This document shows, piece by piece, positions 1-14,360 of a stretch of DNA of 64,000 bases. A program made the position numbers and the translations under genes. Origin of the DNA: Schmidtea polychroa. Its lineage: Eukaryota. Every line of letters begins with the position of its first letter. Position 1 is the stretch's first letter. The DNA is taken from positions 234,858,001 through 234,922,000 of the forward strand of contig CM097885.1 in the NCBI GenBank assembly GCA_044892525.1, in the 5' to 3' direction. Below the pieces are notes generated by a model. The model saw only the letters and a list, made by a program, of their open reading frames with translations, had not been told where the DNA came from and did not search any database.

Positions 1-268
1 TTTATCTAGTTATTATTATATAATATTTATATATAATGAGTATTTATATTTATATATAATTATCTATAATGAGTAAGCTGACAACTTATTATCGAGATTA
101 AAAATATTAAAAAATAAAAAGTTTGATTTAGAAGTATTAATAATTTATGTATTAAACAATTTATGAGTATTAATAGCTTTTTTAAGCCAAAATAAATGCT
201 TATGAAAGAAAAGAACTCGTGGTATTTCAAATTCACTAAGGTTTGTAGTTTTATCGTTACTAAAAGCT

Positions 269-269
269 G

Positions 270-356
<87 letters not shown>

Positions 357-362
357 GTTATT
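269..362. repeat. (ATT)n microsatellite
   Basis: Near-perfect TTA run visible in the sequence. Confidence 0.95.
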
Positions 363-1382
363 GTAGTTAATTAGTTTATATCAAGTTGATATTACATTCA
401 TAACACGTGTATAATATTTGTATATAAACAATCTGAACAACAAGTATACACTTACCCAGGCTATCCCAACAGATTTTTAAACGTGATTCTGCTATGCACT
501 GATAGTCTACTGTCACAGGCTCATTTTATACAAAATATTTATAAGCAAAAGCATAATAAAATGCATATTAAATTTAACACTAAAATATCCTTGATATAAA
601 ATTAAAATGACTACAATCTATAATAGTATCCCCTTAACCCAATATTCAAATCATTATGTTCCTAATAACCCATAAATAAACATTGAACCAACCTAAGTTA
701 CTATATTACCTTATAAACACCTTAAAATTATATAATAATCAAAATTATAAAACGAAAAATTTCAAAGTCGTCAAATACACAAAAATGAGACCAGTAACAA
801 CATTCTTGAATGCATCAAAGTCTATTTTTGGCTCGCAATAATTTAAAAAAATGCAAAAAATTCTAATTTTTTACTTCTGATCAATATTCATATGCAAGAT
901 ACCAACTTGAAAATAAGGTCTCTGGAAAGAGAGTGACTTGAACTATCTCAGCTGTCACACAAACAGAGGAAACAAGTATACTTAGTAACTATACTTTGCT
1001 TATAAATCTTCACAAAAGTTCATAACTTAATAACGGATATTCTTCATGGCTTAAATTTTCTTTTGTATGTTTATAGTCAATAGTTTCATATGGCCAAGTG
1101 AAATAGTTTTAATTTATATATTTATTTACTAATGATGGAAAATAAAATTATAGAGATAAAATAATTTAATTGATAATAAATTTACTAAATACGATAAGAA
1201 ATTTCAGTCTTCCCGTCACGATATTCACTGAAATAATGATAAAATCAAAATATGATTAATAGAGTAACCAATTCCAAAAATATCAAATATAAATCAAATT
1301 AAGATATTTTTTTACATCGAAACTGATATCAAAAATCACAAAAAGGTTTGTTGATATTTGGCGCATAAGAAAAAGACATAAA

Positions 1383-1780
1383 AGTAGGCAGTTAGTGGGC
1401 CTCTGTAGCACGACCATCCGGTACACCCCCGCTAGAAAACTTTTTTCGTTGCCAATTTCTAATTAAATCGCATTTTTCACACTACAGCGAGGGGTCTTTT
1501 TGGTCTCAATAATTTTGTACACAGAATTCGGTTGTCACTAAAAAAGCCAAGGTATTTTTAAAGTCTACATAATTTTTTCTATACAAAATCCAACTCTCGT
1601 TAAAAAGCCAAGATATTTTAAGGTCCCACGATTTTTTGTATACAAAATCCGGCTGTCACTAAAAAAACCAAGGTATTTTTAAGGTTTATATAATATTTTC
1701 TATACAAAATCCAGGTCTCATTAAAAAGTCAAAGTATTTTAAGGTCTCTAGATTTTTGTACAAGAATTTATGGTCAAATA
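1383..1780 (+). repeat. Terminal fragment related to the Polinton-like ends at 27983 and 33125, with a ~60-bp tandem array (~1500-1770)
   Basis: Starts AGTAGGCAGTTAGT. About 4-5 copies of a unit like tacaaaatccggctgtcactaaaaaagccaaggtatttttaaggtc; a similar motif occurs at 28190-28230. Confidence 0.5.
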
Positions 1781-3041
1781 TTTTGATTAATAGATGGCCA
1801 CGTGAAATGTTGGTAATAATTTTTAAAATATTACACTAATTTACTTAATTTTAAATTATTACCAAAATTTCACATGGCAATTGATTCACCAAAGTCTACT
1901 ACTTAATTTTTTTAAAAATTTTTCAACATTTAATATATTAGGAACAGATTAAAAAACGTTTAGAACTGAACACCAATTTCTATATTGCTTGTAAATGTAT
2001 TTGCGTAAATTGGATCGCACTCATAAAAATTTGGCTCCCACTTTTTATTGTTACTTTTTCATTGTTTGGAGTGCACAAGACAAATAATCAAAATCATTAA
2101 GAGATAAATAATGTTTGCTTTTTTAATTATTTTTTTCATTTGAATTTCCGTATAGATTTTTTGATTAAAATATTTAAAGTGTTTTGCCAATTGTTGTCAT
2201 TGTTTTTACACAATCTTAATATAATAATTATGACCGTAAAGTTTAAATGCTGAAGCTTGAACTTAACCTGTGTTATATGTAAACAATTTTTAAAATGTTA
2301 ATGTAGATAATTTAGTAAACCAAAAAATAATAGTAGCGTTACTGTAAATAATAATGTAATTAAAATAAATTTACTATAAAAACGCGAAATTTGAAAAAGT
2401 AATAAAGATATCACTTGTTGGTATGTTTCGTTTCTATTTTTTAAAAATATTAGCATATAATAACATCGATATTGTCAAAGATTTAATCAATGCAGAATTA
2501 AATAATTATAATTTTATTTCAATGAATTTCAAAGCCGCAACAAAATATAATAAATGTCAAAATAACTTTCAAGATTTCTTTTTTTAGCAGAAAAATAAAA
2601 ACTTGTGTTTAGAACAAAGTTGATTTGGAACAAAATTGATTTTTTAATTTAATTTTTATGGGGTAAATTACAATGACAAATTCTTTTGTTTGAATAAATT
2701 AATTAGATTTTCTGGTAAAACGAAAATTTTGTTTTTGCATTGTAAAGTTGTTAAATAAAGGTATTTTGAAAAGAATTTGAATTAAAATTTTGTCGTTCAA
2801 AATTTGTGAATTTATTGAATCTCGAGATTGTTCTCGCGCCTGTGTGCAGAATTATAGTAATATTGATGTGCGCACACAGACGCGAGCAATAGAAAATTGA
2901 TTTTAATTCTAGTAATTGATTGGTTTTCGAGAAGGTCTTGTTTAAACGGATTTTTATGCGGAAATATTGAATTCTAAGTTTTGTTGGGTTAAATGAATTG
3001 ATTTGAACTCGATTGGAATTTTTTGTGTTCTGGGGTGAAAT

Positions 3042-3374
3042 ATGGAAGATAATGAATGTTTGATATGTCGTATTTCAATGAGCAATATAGCGAAGGTAAT
3101 ATTTGAAAGTTGTAGACACGCGTTTTGTATCTGTTGCGCGAAGAGATGTCTTTTCAGCAGTGAAACTTGTCCATGTGATCGTGGCTCAACAAGATCGTTG
3201 CAAATGATTAATGGAAGTTTATCAAAACGATTGGAAATCGACGATTTAATTTCTGAAAATCATGAAATGACAGAAGAGGAACTCCAAGATATTTTTATGA
3301 AATTTCCCCAAAAATTTAAAAATATTCGTAAATTATCTGAAACCATTTATGACCATTTATTATTAAAAAGATAA
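3042..3374 (+). CDS. RING-HC (C3HC4-like) zinc finger ORF, probably a frameshifted remnant continuing into 3377-3637
   Basis: CLIC-x14-CRHAFCICC-x10-CPCDR pattern at the N-terminus; ATG start. Confidence 0.6.
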   Translation: MEDNECLICRISMSNIAKVIFESCRHAFCICCAKRCLFSSETCPCDRGSTRSLQMINGSLSKRLEIDDLISENHEMTEEELQDIFMKFPQKFKNIRKLSETIYDHLLLKR

Positions 3375-3644
3375 ACTTGCTAACTTATGAATATGATATT
3401 CTATTCAATCGAGCTCTTAAAAAGACCAACACAACTCAAATGTTTATTAGTCAAAGTGTTGAACAATTATCCAATGTTTTCAATTCAATCATGGCTCAAT
3501 CTCAAGTTATTGGACACGTTAAATGGTTTAACAAACAATGGTTTTGCATAAATAAAGCGTGTGATGCGATTAATTACAAAGAAAATCTTATGATTTGTCT
3601 TAGACGAAAACATTACGAAAAAGTGAATATATTTTAAGGTATAA

Positions 3645-4411
3645 CAATTAAATAATGCTATTGAAGTGGCGGATAAAAGAGATGTACTCCTGCTTAGTAC
3701 AATTCATGGCGCTAGTAAGATAGAAAGAGAAAAACGGGGTGTAATAATAAGGTAAGAACATTGGTGGTGTGGACAGAAGCGATGGGATAATTGCATCTTA
3801 TACACTTGCAAGAAAAAGGATGAAGTACTATAAGAAAAATTTTTTTCCACCTCATAGACGTTATGCGTTTGAACTCGTACATGTTAAATTAAAAAATGAT
3901 GGAAAATTAAATCAATTAAATTTTTTGCTCAATTGTATCGAGTAAATTGTTGAGGAATATGCGATTCAGCGACCACAAACTTCGAATATTGGACGATCAA
4001 CTACGCCATCAAAAGCAAATCCACTTTGAAGATGTGTCGTATGCACAAAAATGGAATCACAATACTGGCGGAAGGCCTGCGAAGCACCACTTTGTGTAAC
4101 ACCTTGCTTCAAAAAATACCATTCAATCAACTGAATTTTTGAAAATAATTTCTTTGTCTTTAATTTTTAATGTTTAGAAGTTTTTAAAATTTAAAAAAAT
4201 ATTTTAATGTTTTTTAAAATTTTTCAACAACTTTTTCAACAATTAGATGTTAATTTTCTATATCATAAAAATGTGATCATTCCTAGTTTTGCTTTACTTT
4301 TTGTCGTAAAATTTATAACAAAATCATTTGCCGTGTATATTCGTCATTGCTTAGTTTTAATTACCATACGGCGAAGTATTTTTAAAACTAAATTTCACGG
4401 TTAAAGAGTTA
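3645..4411 (+). mobile_element. piggyBac transposase 3' remnant and right end
   Basis: Frameshifted peptides KW/DKRDVLLLSTIH, KNIGGVDRSD..SY..RKRMKYYKK(I)FFHLID..NSY, and a Cys-rich tail CVVC..CEAPLCVTPCFKKYH. Ends ...CGGTTAAAGAG-TTAA. Left end not found. Confidence 0.8.
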
Positions 4412-5399
4412 AAGAGATTAAAGTTTTAACTATACGATTAAAAAAGATTTGATGAAATTTGATAATATTAATAGGTAATTGATAAATATTCTTTGTTGCA
4501 CTGAAAGAAATTATGACGTAAGAAATAATTGCAACAAAATATTTATGAAAATTTTTTAATAATATATTTATAAATATATTTTGAGATAATTATGAAAAAC
4601 CTTTAACGCGTACAGAAATCAGAGAAAATAGTAATATAGATCGTTTTATAGGAAATAATTTTAACGCGCATAATAATATAGAAATAGGAGGAAGCATAGA
4701 CTGTTAGAAGTTAGTGAATTTAGTAAGAATAACTGTAATATTATCTATAATAAGTTTGGAGGTATGTCAAGTGTACTTTGAATAAATGATTGAATGAACG
4801 ATTCATTAAATGGTATAAAGTTTTTTTTAGTTTGATAGATCTTGGCAGTTGTATTATCAGGTATGACTGGCGGAAAACTGTTGAGAAAAGACAGCTTTCT
4901 CCATACACACATATATACGGTAATTTTGTTTACTAGAATACCATTTCTAATTGCAGCAGCTTCAACCACATTTCAGAAACTCATGAATAAAGGACTAGAT
5001 GATTTGATATAAAAATTAATGTACAAGTAAATTTCGATGGTTCAACATTTTATGGTTCGACAGCACGATGTTAACCCACCTAAAATACCATGATGATGAA
5101 CCATTGAGCGGTTTTAATAATAATATTTTTTTTAATAATAATATTTTAATAAAAAATATTTTCAAATGAGTTGATGCATAAAACTAAACTCTTTATATGA
5201 GTTAGCTTGTTTTCTAGAGCTCAATATATTTTTAAATTTTTATTTATTCCCGAATGAAATGATTTTAAATTAAAATATCGAACCGTCGAATGTAATTGAT
5301 TTATTTTTGACGCTGATAATTTGAGGTTGTCGAAAAATCGAAATTCACTTGTAGTATATCTGGAAAATATTCTAATTTTTTCAAAAATATTACCAAACT

Positions 5400-6340
5400 A
5401 AATGATTTTGAAAGCAAATAAAAATCGTAGAGTTAAAAATAACACCAGAAAATACATATTTCTAAGTCGAGAAACAAAGTTCCTTGTTCATATAATAACG
5501 GGAAAATGTGTTAAAGTAGATGGAAGTAAAATCAAAGCTATTAAATGCTTCGAGAGACCTAAATATTTAAAAAATGAGGAATATTTTTGAGTCTTTCCAA
5601 TTATTATTGAAAATTTATTAATAATTATTCTAAGTTTGTAGAAATAAATATGTAGAAATAAGAGAAACAAATCATTTGGTCTGAAAACTAAGAAACAGTA
5701 GTTACTTAACTAAAGCAAGCTTTATCTAATACACAAATTTTGATGTAATTCAATTGAAAAAAAGAATTCATTTTGAACTATGTAAGCGGTGTCCTATCAC
5801 AGATTAATGACTATGACAATGAAAGAGTAATAGGATATGGCTCACACGCAATGAACAAACACGAAATTGATGTTTCAACAACAAGAAGAGAGATTTAACA
5901 ATTTAATTTTCCACACAGCACTTTATTTGACAACTCGGTTAAAGATAAGTTAAAAAAGAATTGGGTTGATGTATTATTAAACCATAGATTGAGTTTACAC
6001 GGTATGCAACAATTAAAAGTACGACTGGGAATAGTTCAGCACAATTGCAAGAGAATGACAAGATAATAAGAAAATCATAGGAGATAGAAACAAGATTTAA
6101 GAGAAAGTGCTAAAACAGAAATATACAGAGTAAAGAAACAAAAACAACAAACAGAGATTTTCAACTAAATGATTTTTTGCTGTTTATGGTAGATGTAAGG
6201 AACAAAAATAATGATCGATATTTTGGACCCTATGAAGTGATAAAAATGATGCATGAAAGGAGTTATGATTTAATAGATGATCGTGAAAGGTTTTTTATTG
6301 TAAACTTCGAATGACTAAATTCTTTCAGACACATGGGCTC
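5400..6340 (+). pseudogene. Heavily deleted Ty3/Gypsy pol remnant
   Basis: RT thumb-like KYIFLSRETKFLVHII..VKVDGSKIKAIKCFERP; RNase H-like GVLSQ..NERVIGYGS; integrase C-terminal FGPYEVIK. Many stops. Confidence 0.7.
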
Positions 6341-7301
6341 TAGAGATAATGTTTAAAATATCTAAATATAATTTGTAATTTAATTATGTAAATAATTATT
6401 TTATAATTTAATTACTGATATATATACATATATTATAATCTGCATACATAATTAATATTATTTTATATATCGCAGAAAAAATTAATGCGTTATAAAATAG
6501 TTTTTTTCAATAAACATTTTTCAAAAAGACCTGTTATTTTAGTATTCATTATCACTGGAGTCTTGAAAAAACTCAAATATCAACTCAATATTTGACGCTT
6601 TTAAATATCTAATAGGGGGAAATGACATCAAAACAGTATTGTATTAATATAGAATTTTAAATATATAAAAATATTTATAAAAAGTTTTATAATATTAAAT
6701 ATTTAAATAATCATAATACATTAATTTAAATTAAAACATCAGAATTCAAATTATTTATCAGATGAAATACAATATTTTTTTCTAGAAAGTTGAAAAATTT
6801 ACCAACGAACAGAGTCCAACGAATAATTCTGTTGCAAATTATATTTATGTATTTCTTTTACGACTTTTTTAATTTAAGCATTTTTCAAATAATTTAACTA
6901 ATCATAATTAATTATAATAAAGAAAATTTTTTAAAATAGCACTAAGTCAATAAATAAAATTTTATAAAAAATAAAATAAAAAAATAAAATGACACAAATT
7001 TATCAATAGATTTTCATATGTTCAATTAAATTGGCTATAACTTATAATAAATATAATATTTATTTCCATTTATATAATATGCTTAAAAACCTTTCATTTG
7101 CAGTCCGACAAGTTTAATCAAAGTACAAGCGAGCGCTTATCGTATTGTATGAACTTGTAACGCTTTGATGTGAGATTAGATAATTAATTATTATCAATTT
7201 TATAAACTAAAAATATTTTTTCCTAAAAAAAATAATTATAAACAATATTTTTAGATAATTTAAGGAAAATAAATTATTTTTCTTATATTAATAATTATTA
7301 T

Positions 7302-9038
7302 TGTTCCAGGAAAATTCACCGAATGGAAAATTTGGGCATCTGGGCATATCTGGACACATCTGGGCATAATTAAATTTAGATTTAGATATGCAATATAATT
7401 TTAAAACTTATATCAATATAAAATGTTTTTAATCATTATTATTTTTACAAATTTAATTGTTCAATATGACCATTCAATTCATAAAGATCGAAAAGGTTAA
7501 AAATAAGCTTTTAATAGACGGTCACTTATTTTTTAAAGATGGGGGAACAGAAAAGACATATTGGAAATGTGAGATATATCAGAAGCACAAGTGGCGTATT
7601 CGTACCATAATATATGGCAATAAAATTGAGTCAGTAAATGAGGTTCACAATCATGTTGGGGATTATGCGCATGTAGAAGCTTTGAAGATGCAAGATATTG
7701 TACGTAATCGAGCAATAAATAGTATATCAAATATTATATCAAACGCTTCAATTGCAATCAGTCAAATTGCTGTAGGTCACATTGTAAAAACTGATAGTAT
7801 CAAAAGACCAATACGAAATATCAGCACCAACATTGCCTTTATCTCGGAAAGAAATTGTATTTCCCGATGAGTATAAATTAACTAAAGAGCATGAACCGTT
7901 CTTGCTTTTCGATTCAGGTCCAACAGAAGATAGAATAGTAATATTTTCAACTTCAAGAAATCTAAGATTATTGTCTTTATCTGAGCATTGGTTTAGGGAT
8001 GGGACGTTTAAAACAGTTCCCCATTTATTTTATCAACTCTATACAATCCATGGAATTCTTGTTAACAGTTCAATACCACTTTTATACGCTTTATTGCCGG
8101 ACAAAACAGAGGCAACATATGTTAAGCTACTGAGACAAATTAAACAACTTTAACCATCAACATTTATGACTGATTTTGAATCTGCAATGGTTAGTGCTAT
8201 TCGTCAAGAATTTCCAATGTCTAGACATAGAGGATGTTTCTTCCATTTTTCACAATAAATATTCCGAAAGATTCAATTTGAAGGTCTTCAAAGAAGATAT
8301 GAAACTGATGTGATTTTTGCAATGAAAATGCTTTTATTATCTGCTTTAGCCTTTGTGCCAACAGAAGATGTTGGAGAAGCATTTGTGGATCTAAGTGATG
8401 ATGGGATGCCTGAAGAAGCACAATGAGTACTTGATTAATTTGAAAATTGCTGGATCGAACACACTCAAGAATACACAGGGCGTCAAATACCTCTCTTCTC
8501 AATAGAAATGTGGAACTGCTATGATGGAGTAAGAAACCATCTTCCAAAAACAAATAACTCGATTGAAGGATGGCACCGTGGATTTGAAGTGCAAATATCT
8601 GCAACACACCCTAATAACTGGAAGTTTATCGAAGCGATTCAGCGAGAGAAAAGTATAAGAACATTGCAAATTGAGGAATATGTAAGTGAGCAGCAAAGTA
8701 ATCCTGCACGTAAGAAATACAGGGATTGTGCTAAAAGACTTTTCAAAGTAGTTGCAAATTATGACTGAAATAATATTTTCGAGTTTTAAAGAGGTGTAGC
8801 ACACAATATTAATTACTAATAAAGATTAATATTGTGTGGTTACGATTCTTTTTATGTGAGATTATATTTTTTATTACGTTTATATTTAATTTAAAATATT
8901 TTTAAAACTATTTTAATTTTATTTTTATTATTTCTATCTAAAATAACTCGTATTAACACATTATAAATATTTAAATTTTAAATAACACATTTAAAAAACC
9001 ACTATTAATTTTTCCATTCGGTAAATTTTCCGGACACC
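7302..9038 (+). mobile_element. Mutator-like (Phantom-type) DNA transposon
   Basis: Inverted ends GGAAAATTCACCGAATGGAAAA (7309) and TTTTCCATTCGGTAAATTTTCCGGACACC (to 9038) flank the transposase pseudogene. Confidence 0.8.
7457..8818 (+). pseudogene. FLYWCH + MULE DDE transposase, disrupted by frameshifts and stops
   Basis: FLYWCH-like GHLFFKD..YWKC..HNH; WFRDGTFKTVPHLFYQLYTIHG; MTDFESAM..GCFFHFSQ; TNNSIEGWH, spread over ORFs 7457, 7833 and 8508. Confidence 0.9.
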
Positions 9039-9845
9039 ATAATTATATCATTTTTGAAAGGTGAAACCAAAAATTAAATATAATAATATTTTTATATTAT
9101 TTAAATTTTAAAAATATAGCTGCTGAAGGACTTCAATTTCTTAAAATGTTTTCATGAGTCAAATAAAATTTCTGAACCACGAAATTAGGTTTATCAAGGA
9201 AAATAAAAAAAGGTAATTGAAATTTTTTTTAATTTAAACTTTCTAAATATTTGTTTATATTTCGATATTTTAAAATAAAGATTCTAAGAAAGTTATAAAG
9301 AATTGTTAAGAGAAAGACATCAAATAGATTTCAAACAGGACGATTTTAGAGGCCACAATCATTCACTTATCAATAATATGACAATTTGGCAAAATTTAGT
9401 ACCACCGAAGATGATAGTAAATTCGCATTTAAAAACTCCCTTATATTTAAAAGAATAGCTATAAAATTATCAAAAGTATCTTTGAAAAAGATAAATTAAA
9501 GTTCCTCTAAATTAGAAATTGTGGCTTAAGTTTTAACACCAGAATCATTTTAATTTAACATTTCAAAGTCTCCGTCAACATTTCCGTCACACAAAACTGC
9601 TCATTTAACCAAATTTGACTTAAAAATCATAGAGACATGGAAATTTGATAATCTTAATAGACAATAAAAGGTTTTTTAGCTATAAATGCTCTCAAAATAA
9701 AAATTGTAAATTGACGTAGAACATGTTTATAATGTACAAAATTTTATTCTTCCTTTCTTTTATTGCAACTATAATTAGTAATTCGTACTAAAAAATTGAA
9801 TATTTTTAACAACTTGTAATTAATATTATTTAACTATATTTAATT

Positions 9846-9981
<136 letters not shown>

Positions 9982-12064
9982 CGGATTTTGTTGAAGATTT
10001 AATTTACAAAAATTAGTATTCATAAAGCAAAAAATATATAACCGTAATTATCTTTCGAAGATCTAATTAAAAGCACGCAAAGCAGATAATTAATATCTAT
10101 TTTTAAAAAAATTTAATTTTGTTTTCATTTCGAAGAAAATTTTTTAAATAAAATTCACTATAGATTTAATTTTAGAATAAAAAACAAAATGTTTTCTTAA
10201 AATTCATTTTTAGACTGAACTGTGACAAATCGTTATAAGAAACCCTTCATAATTGGTGTATAAATATTAATAAACAATATATCGGGATTGAATTATAACC
10301 ACTTACTAATATTTTAGATTTTTTATTTTATTTAATATAATTTTTATTCTTTAAATAAATTAATTCTTTTATTTTGAATGTCAAATAGTTTACTTTTTAA
10401 TTATATTTTTGAATAGACATTCCTCATTAGCGTGATTTTCCACCATGTGAAAACTCTTTATACAATTTAATATATGAGTGCAAGAACAATTGTGCAAAAT
10501 GATAAATGTCACAAATTTTTTCAGCTGTAATTATTTGACATAAATTTTTTATTTAAATTTTTCTCACTTTACAAAAACTAAACAAATAGTCAGTAAAACG
10601 TAATTTTACAGACAATTTACAGTTGATTTGTTAATTTTTTTTAGCTTAACAAACTGATTCATACGTAACTCAAGTTATTATTCATTATTCAAAGAAAGAA
10701 TATACGAAAGTGAATGTGTAGTTTGTAAAACATTTTAAACGTTCTATGAATTATTTTCATTTGTGTAAAAAGAATTATTTTTTATGTACATAAATATAAA
10801 TAATTATTATATAGTATTATAAGATGTCTTTTCCATTGTATTTATTAAAAAAGCTTGACTATGAACTATGACTATAAAAACATCGATATATTTACTGATT
10901 CATAATCAAGCTTTTTTAATAAATTATTATATATGCAAATTAAGAGTTTTAAGAGTTTACTTTTTGATTATCTCATTTGTTTTATTTCTTCAAATATTTG
11001 TTTTAACCTTATTTATTAACTACGAAAATATTTCAATAAATAAAATGGAAAAAAATCAGTGGTGAAATTGGGGAAAAAAGTTCTTATAATACATAATATG
11101 AAGTTGTAAACATCCAACCCTGGTTGAAAAATATTCAATTTAAACTTTACTTTTCGGAAATTAACCAGGATACAAAATACATGATGACAACAATGATAAA
11201 TTGTTTATTTATTTTATTGCACAGAAGTTATTAAAATGAAAATGACATTTAATTATTTCGAATTGGTAAAAAAATTGGAAATTCAAATAATGGAAATGGA
11301 AATACCAACAAGAACCAGAACAAATATAGAAAATGTAATATCGATATGTAGTCTTAGGGTTTTTAATTAATTTTACTAGAATAAATAAAATTTCTATTGA
11401 ATTACGCACATATTATTAATTACTAATGAACCAATAAGTATGATCACTTTTATTGAATTTGTTTAGTGTCTGATAATTCCAAATTAAAATATATTACAAA
11501 AAAAAGTTATCATTGCTTCCTAAGAACCAGAATCTTCAGAAAGTTTTCGATTATTGAATTCTGTGTTTTATTATTAGATGGAAATAAATCAATAAAATTC
11601 TTAATAATAAGCAAAATAATAAATGCTGCTACCAAGAAATCATCATTTTATAATAAGCAAAATATTTATTCATGTACTGCCAGGTAATATGGCAATCTTT
11701 CTCAGTCAATGGTTAAAATTAAAATTAAAATTCATAGAAAAATATATCCTTTGAAAATCGATCTTTTATCTTTAAATGAAGATATAATTACGATAATTGA
11801 GAGATAAAATAAAATAATTTACTCATATCACTTGAATTTTGTAGGTGCATTCTGTGATTTCTTTGTGACAATCTAAAAAAATTAAAATTTTTTTAATGAA
11901 ATTCTTATAAATTATTTAACAGACTGGAATAAAAATAGTTATTTCAAAATATTTGAAATATTATTTTTTTCAAATTATTTATTAGATCAGTTGAAACGCT
12001 ATATTTTTTCGGATTTTCTTTCTATAAGTGATTTGTATCTTGACTTTCATATTTTTCAATTGAA

Positions 12065-12096
<32 letters not shown>

Positions 12097-13541
12097 ATTT
12101 ATTACAATGCTTGACTATAAATCAGTAAATATATCGATGTTTTTGATATTCACGAATTTTCGACACTGGTTTTTTAAGTGAATTTGATCGAATTGTATGA
12201 AATTCGTCGAGTTTTCTAATAAATACAATTGAAAAGGAATCAGTGGTGAAAATTGAAAAAAAGATCTTAAATGATATATATGTCTGTTAACCTTTTTTTT
12301 CTTAAACTATGGTTTAAAATTTGAGAAGCTTTATTCCAGATTGAACTAACAAGGTAAATTTCTATGAAATGAGAGTAAAGATTAATCAAACCAACAAGTA
12401 AACACATGCCTCTATGCGAACTCGTAGTAAATTAAAGAAGCTAAATTGTGATATACTCACCCATTTCAGGATATTCTTATTTAACCTAGCATTTTCGGAT
12501 TACGATATATGCTTTGAATTGATTTAAAATGCATTTGATAGTAACAAAATTGTTAATAAATATCTAAAGATTTAGTAAGATAAAATCATTAAAAGCTTCA
12601 ATACATTCTTTAATGAAAAAAAACTATAAATATTTACTGAAAATTAAAAAAGTACTTTTTGGTCAACCGAATTATATATTGCTATCATATTTTCTACTTG
12701 TTTTAAATGACTATTAACACGTTAGCTGCCACAATGTTAAGAAAAAATTGTCCTACTGGGCCAAGTCGGTTGTTCGGCTAATATTACTTGTAACTGTGAA
12801 TACTAATTGGAATACTAACGCTGCAATGGGCAGTGAGACACGTATGGCGGTCCACACGGTTAAATATATGGGGTAAGTGAAACACGGCGCAGCTCAAAAG
12901 CACGAAAATATGAGAAATTGGAAATATAAATTTATAAATTTATTTCATATCTTTTATATTTTGATGGGCCTATTTTAATAATCTTCAAATAAATTTTATT
13001 CAAATTTACAGGTGACAGATTGAAAACGGAAATGATTGAAAATTTTCAACCTTTTCATATTCTAAATATCAACAGGAAAAAAATCCACATAATTTTTTAA
13101 CCGGTTTCAAATGTCCAGATATTTTTATCTGTCTAAAAATCCTGTTATGAATATTAAACATTTACCTATAAATAGTGAATGAATTTTGTGGATTGTGAAC
13201 TCACAATAAGAACAACAAAATTAATTTGATAATTTACTTAATGAGAATACATATTATTAATTTTATCAGTTGGATTTCACATCAAAGGCCCGAAAATTAA
13301 TTGATTATTCTGTTAAAAAGAACATGGTGGAATTCACTTGATTTCAAGATATGGCATTTAGCACAATCTTAGTATTTCGTGATCCGTTATCATCAAGTGC
13401 ACTTTTTGTGCAATAAACTCCGTTGCAAAGGTTAAATATAATTATAAATTCTTTTGTATTTTCACAACTAAATATTATTATTGTTTTCACAAAATAATGA
13501 TTTCTATACACATTGACATATAATTTCATATTTATTACAAC

Positions 13542-13696
13542 TTTAAAACAATAAAATGATAATTTAAGCCTATTGCTACAAATAATGTATTTAATGAAAA
13601 ATTTTCGACTATAAGATAGTCCTTATAGTCGAAAATTTTTTTATTAAATACATTATTTGCAGCAATAGGCTTAAATTATCATTTTATTGTTTTAAA
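13542..13696. repeat. Near-perfect long palindrome (~74-bp arms, 6-nt loop)
   Basis: tttaaaacaataaaatgataatttaagcctattgc...tcgactataag-atagtc-cttatagtcga...gcaataggcttaaattatcattttattgttttaaa. Confidence 0.9.
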
Positions 13697-13875
13697 TAAT
13701 AAATGCTGCTACCAAGAAATCATCATTTTATATTACAACTTTAATACGCATAATTTCATACAAGCTGATATAAAAACAAAATAAAATCAGAGTTATAAAA
13801 AATTAATTTATTAATTAATGCAAAATACGTATGTGAGCCATGGATTTGATAATTCATTTTATACATAGGCTAAAT

Positions 13876-14360
13876 CAGGGCTGGGGGACCTGCGGCCTCC
13901 GGAGCCTTATCATAATAAATCTTAATTTATATAAAAAACCTTGAATTTTGAGGATTTACAAATAAAAATGCTTGTAACTACTGAACTGTATATATACCGT
14001 ACTGAACAAGCATCCCGCCGAGTACAGAGAACGAAATATAAAAGTCAATCATTCACACACATAAATACAAAACGTATGTAGACGAATAAATAAGATTATT
14101 GAGCACTCATTTGTGAAATGATGACTTATTTGCATCAATTTTTCGATTCAGAAATAATAAACATTTTCCAGAATATTTCGTACAGCTGCATTTTTCAAAT
14201 CTGGATACTAATTATAAATATTATTTTAATTACTAACTGTATATAAACAAAAGATTTAAAATAAAATTAATTAATGTTAAAATACTTTTTGGCTGCGGCC
14301 TCATTTGAAGGCGACAAATTTCAATGTGGCCTATGGAAATAAAAAGGTTCCCCACCCCTG
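13876..14360. mobile_element. Non-autonomous hAT element (MITE)
   Basis: TIRs CAGGGCTGGGGGACC / GGTTCCCCACCCCTG; perfect 8-bp TSD GGCTAAAT on both sides. Confidence 0.92.

Noticed and set aside
3500..3550. Cold-shock-domain-like VIGHVKWFN
   Set aside because: Only nine residues; the rest of the domain is absent.
12715..12863. Possible TTAA-flanked piggyBac MITE
   Set aside because: Terminal repeats match too poorly.
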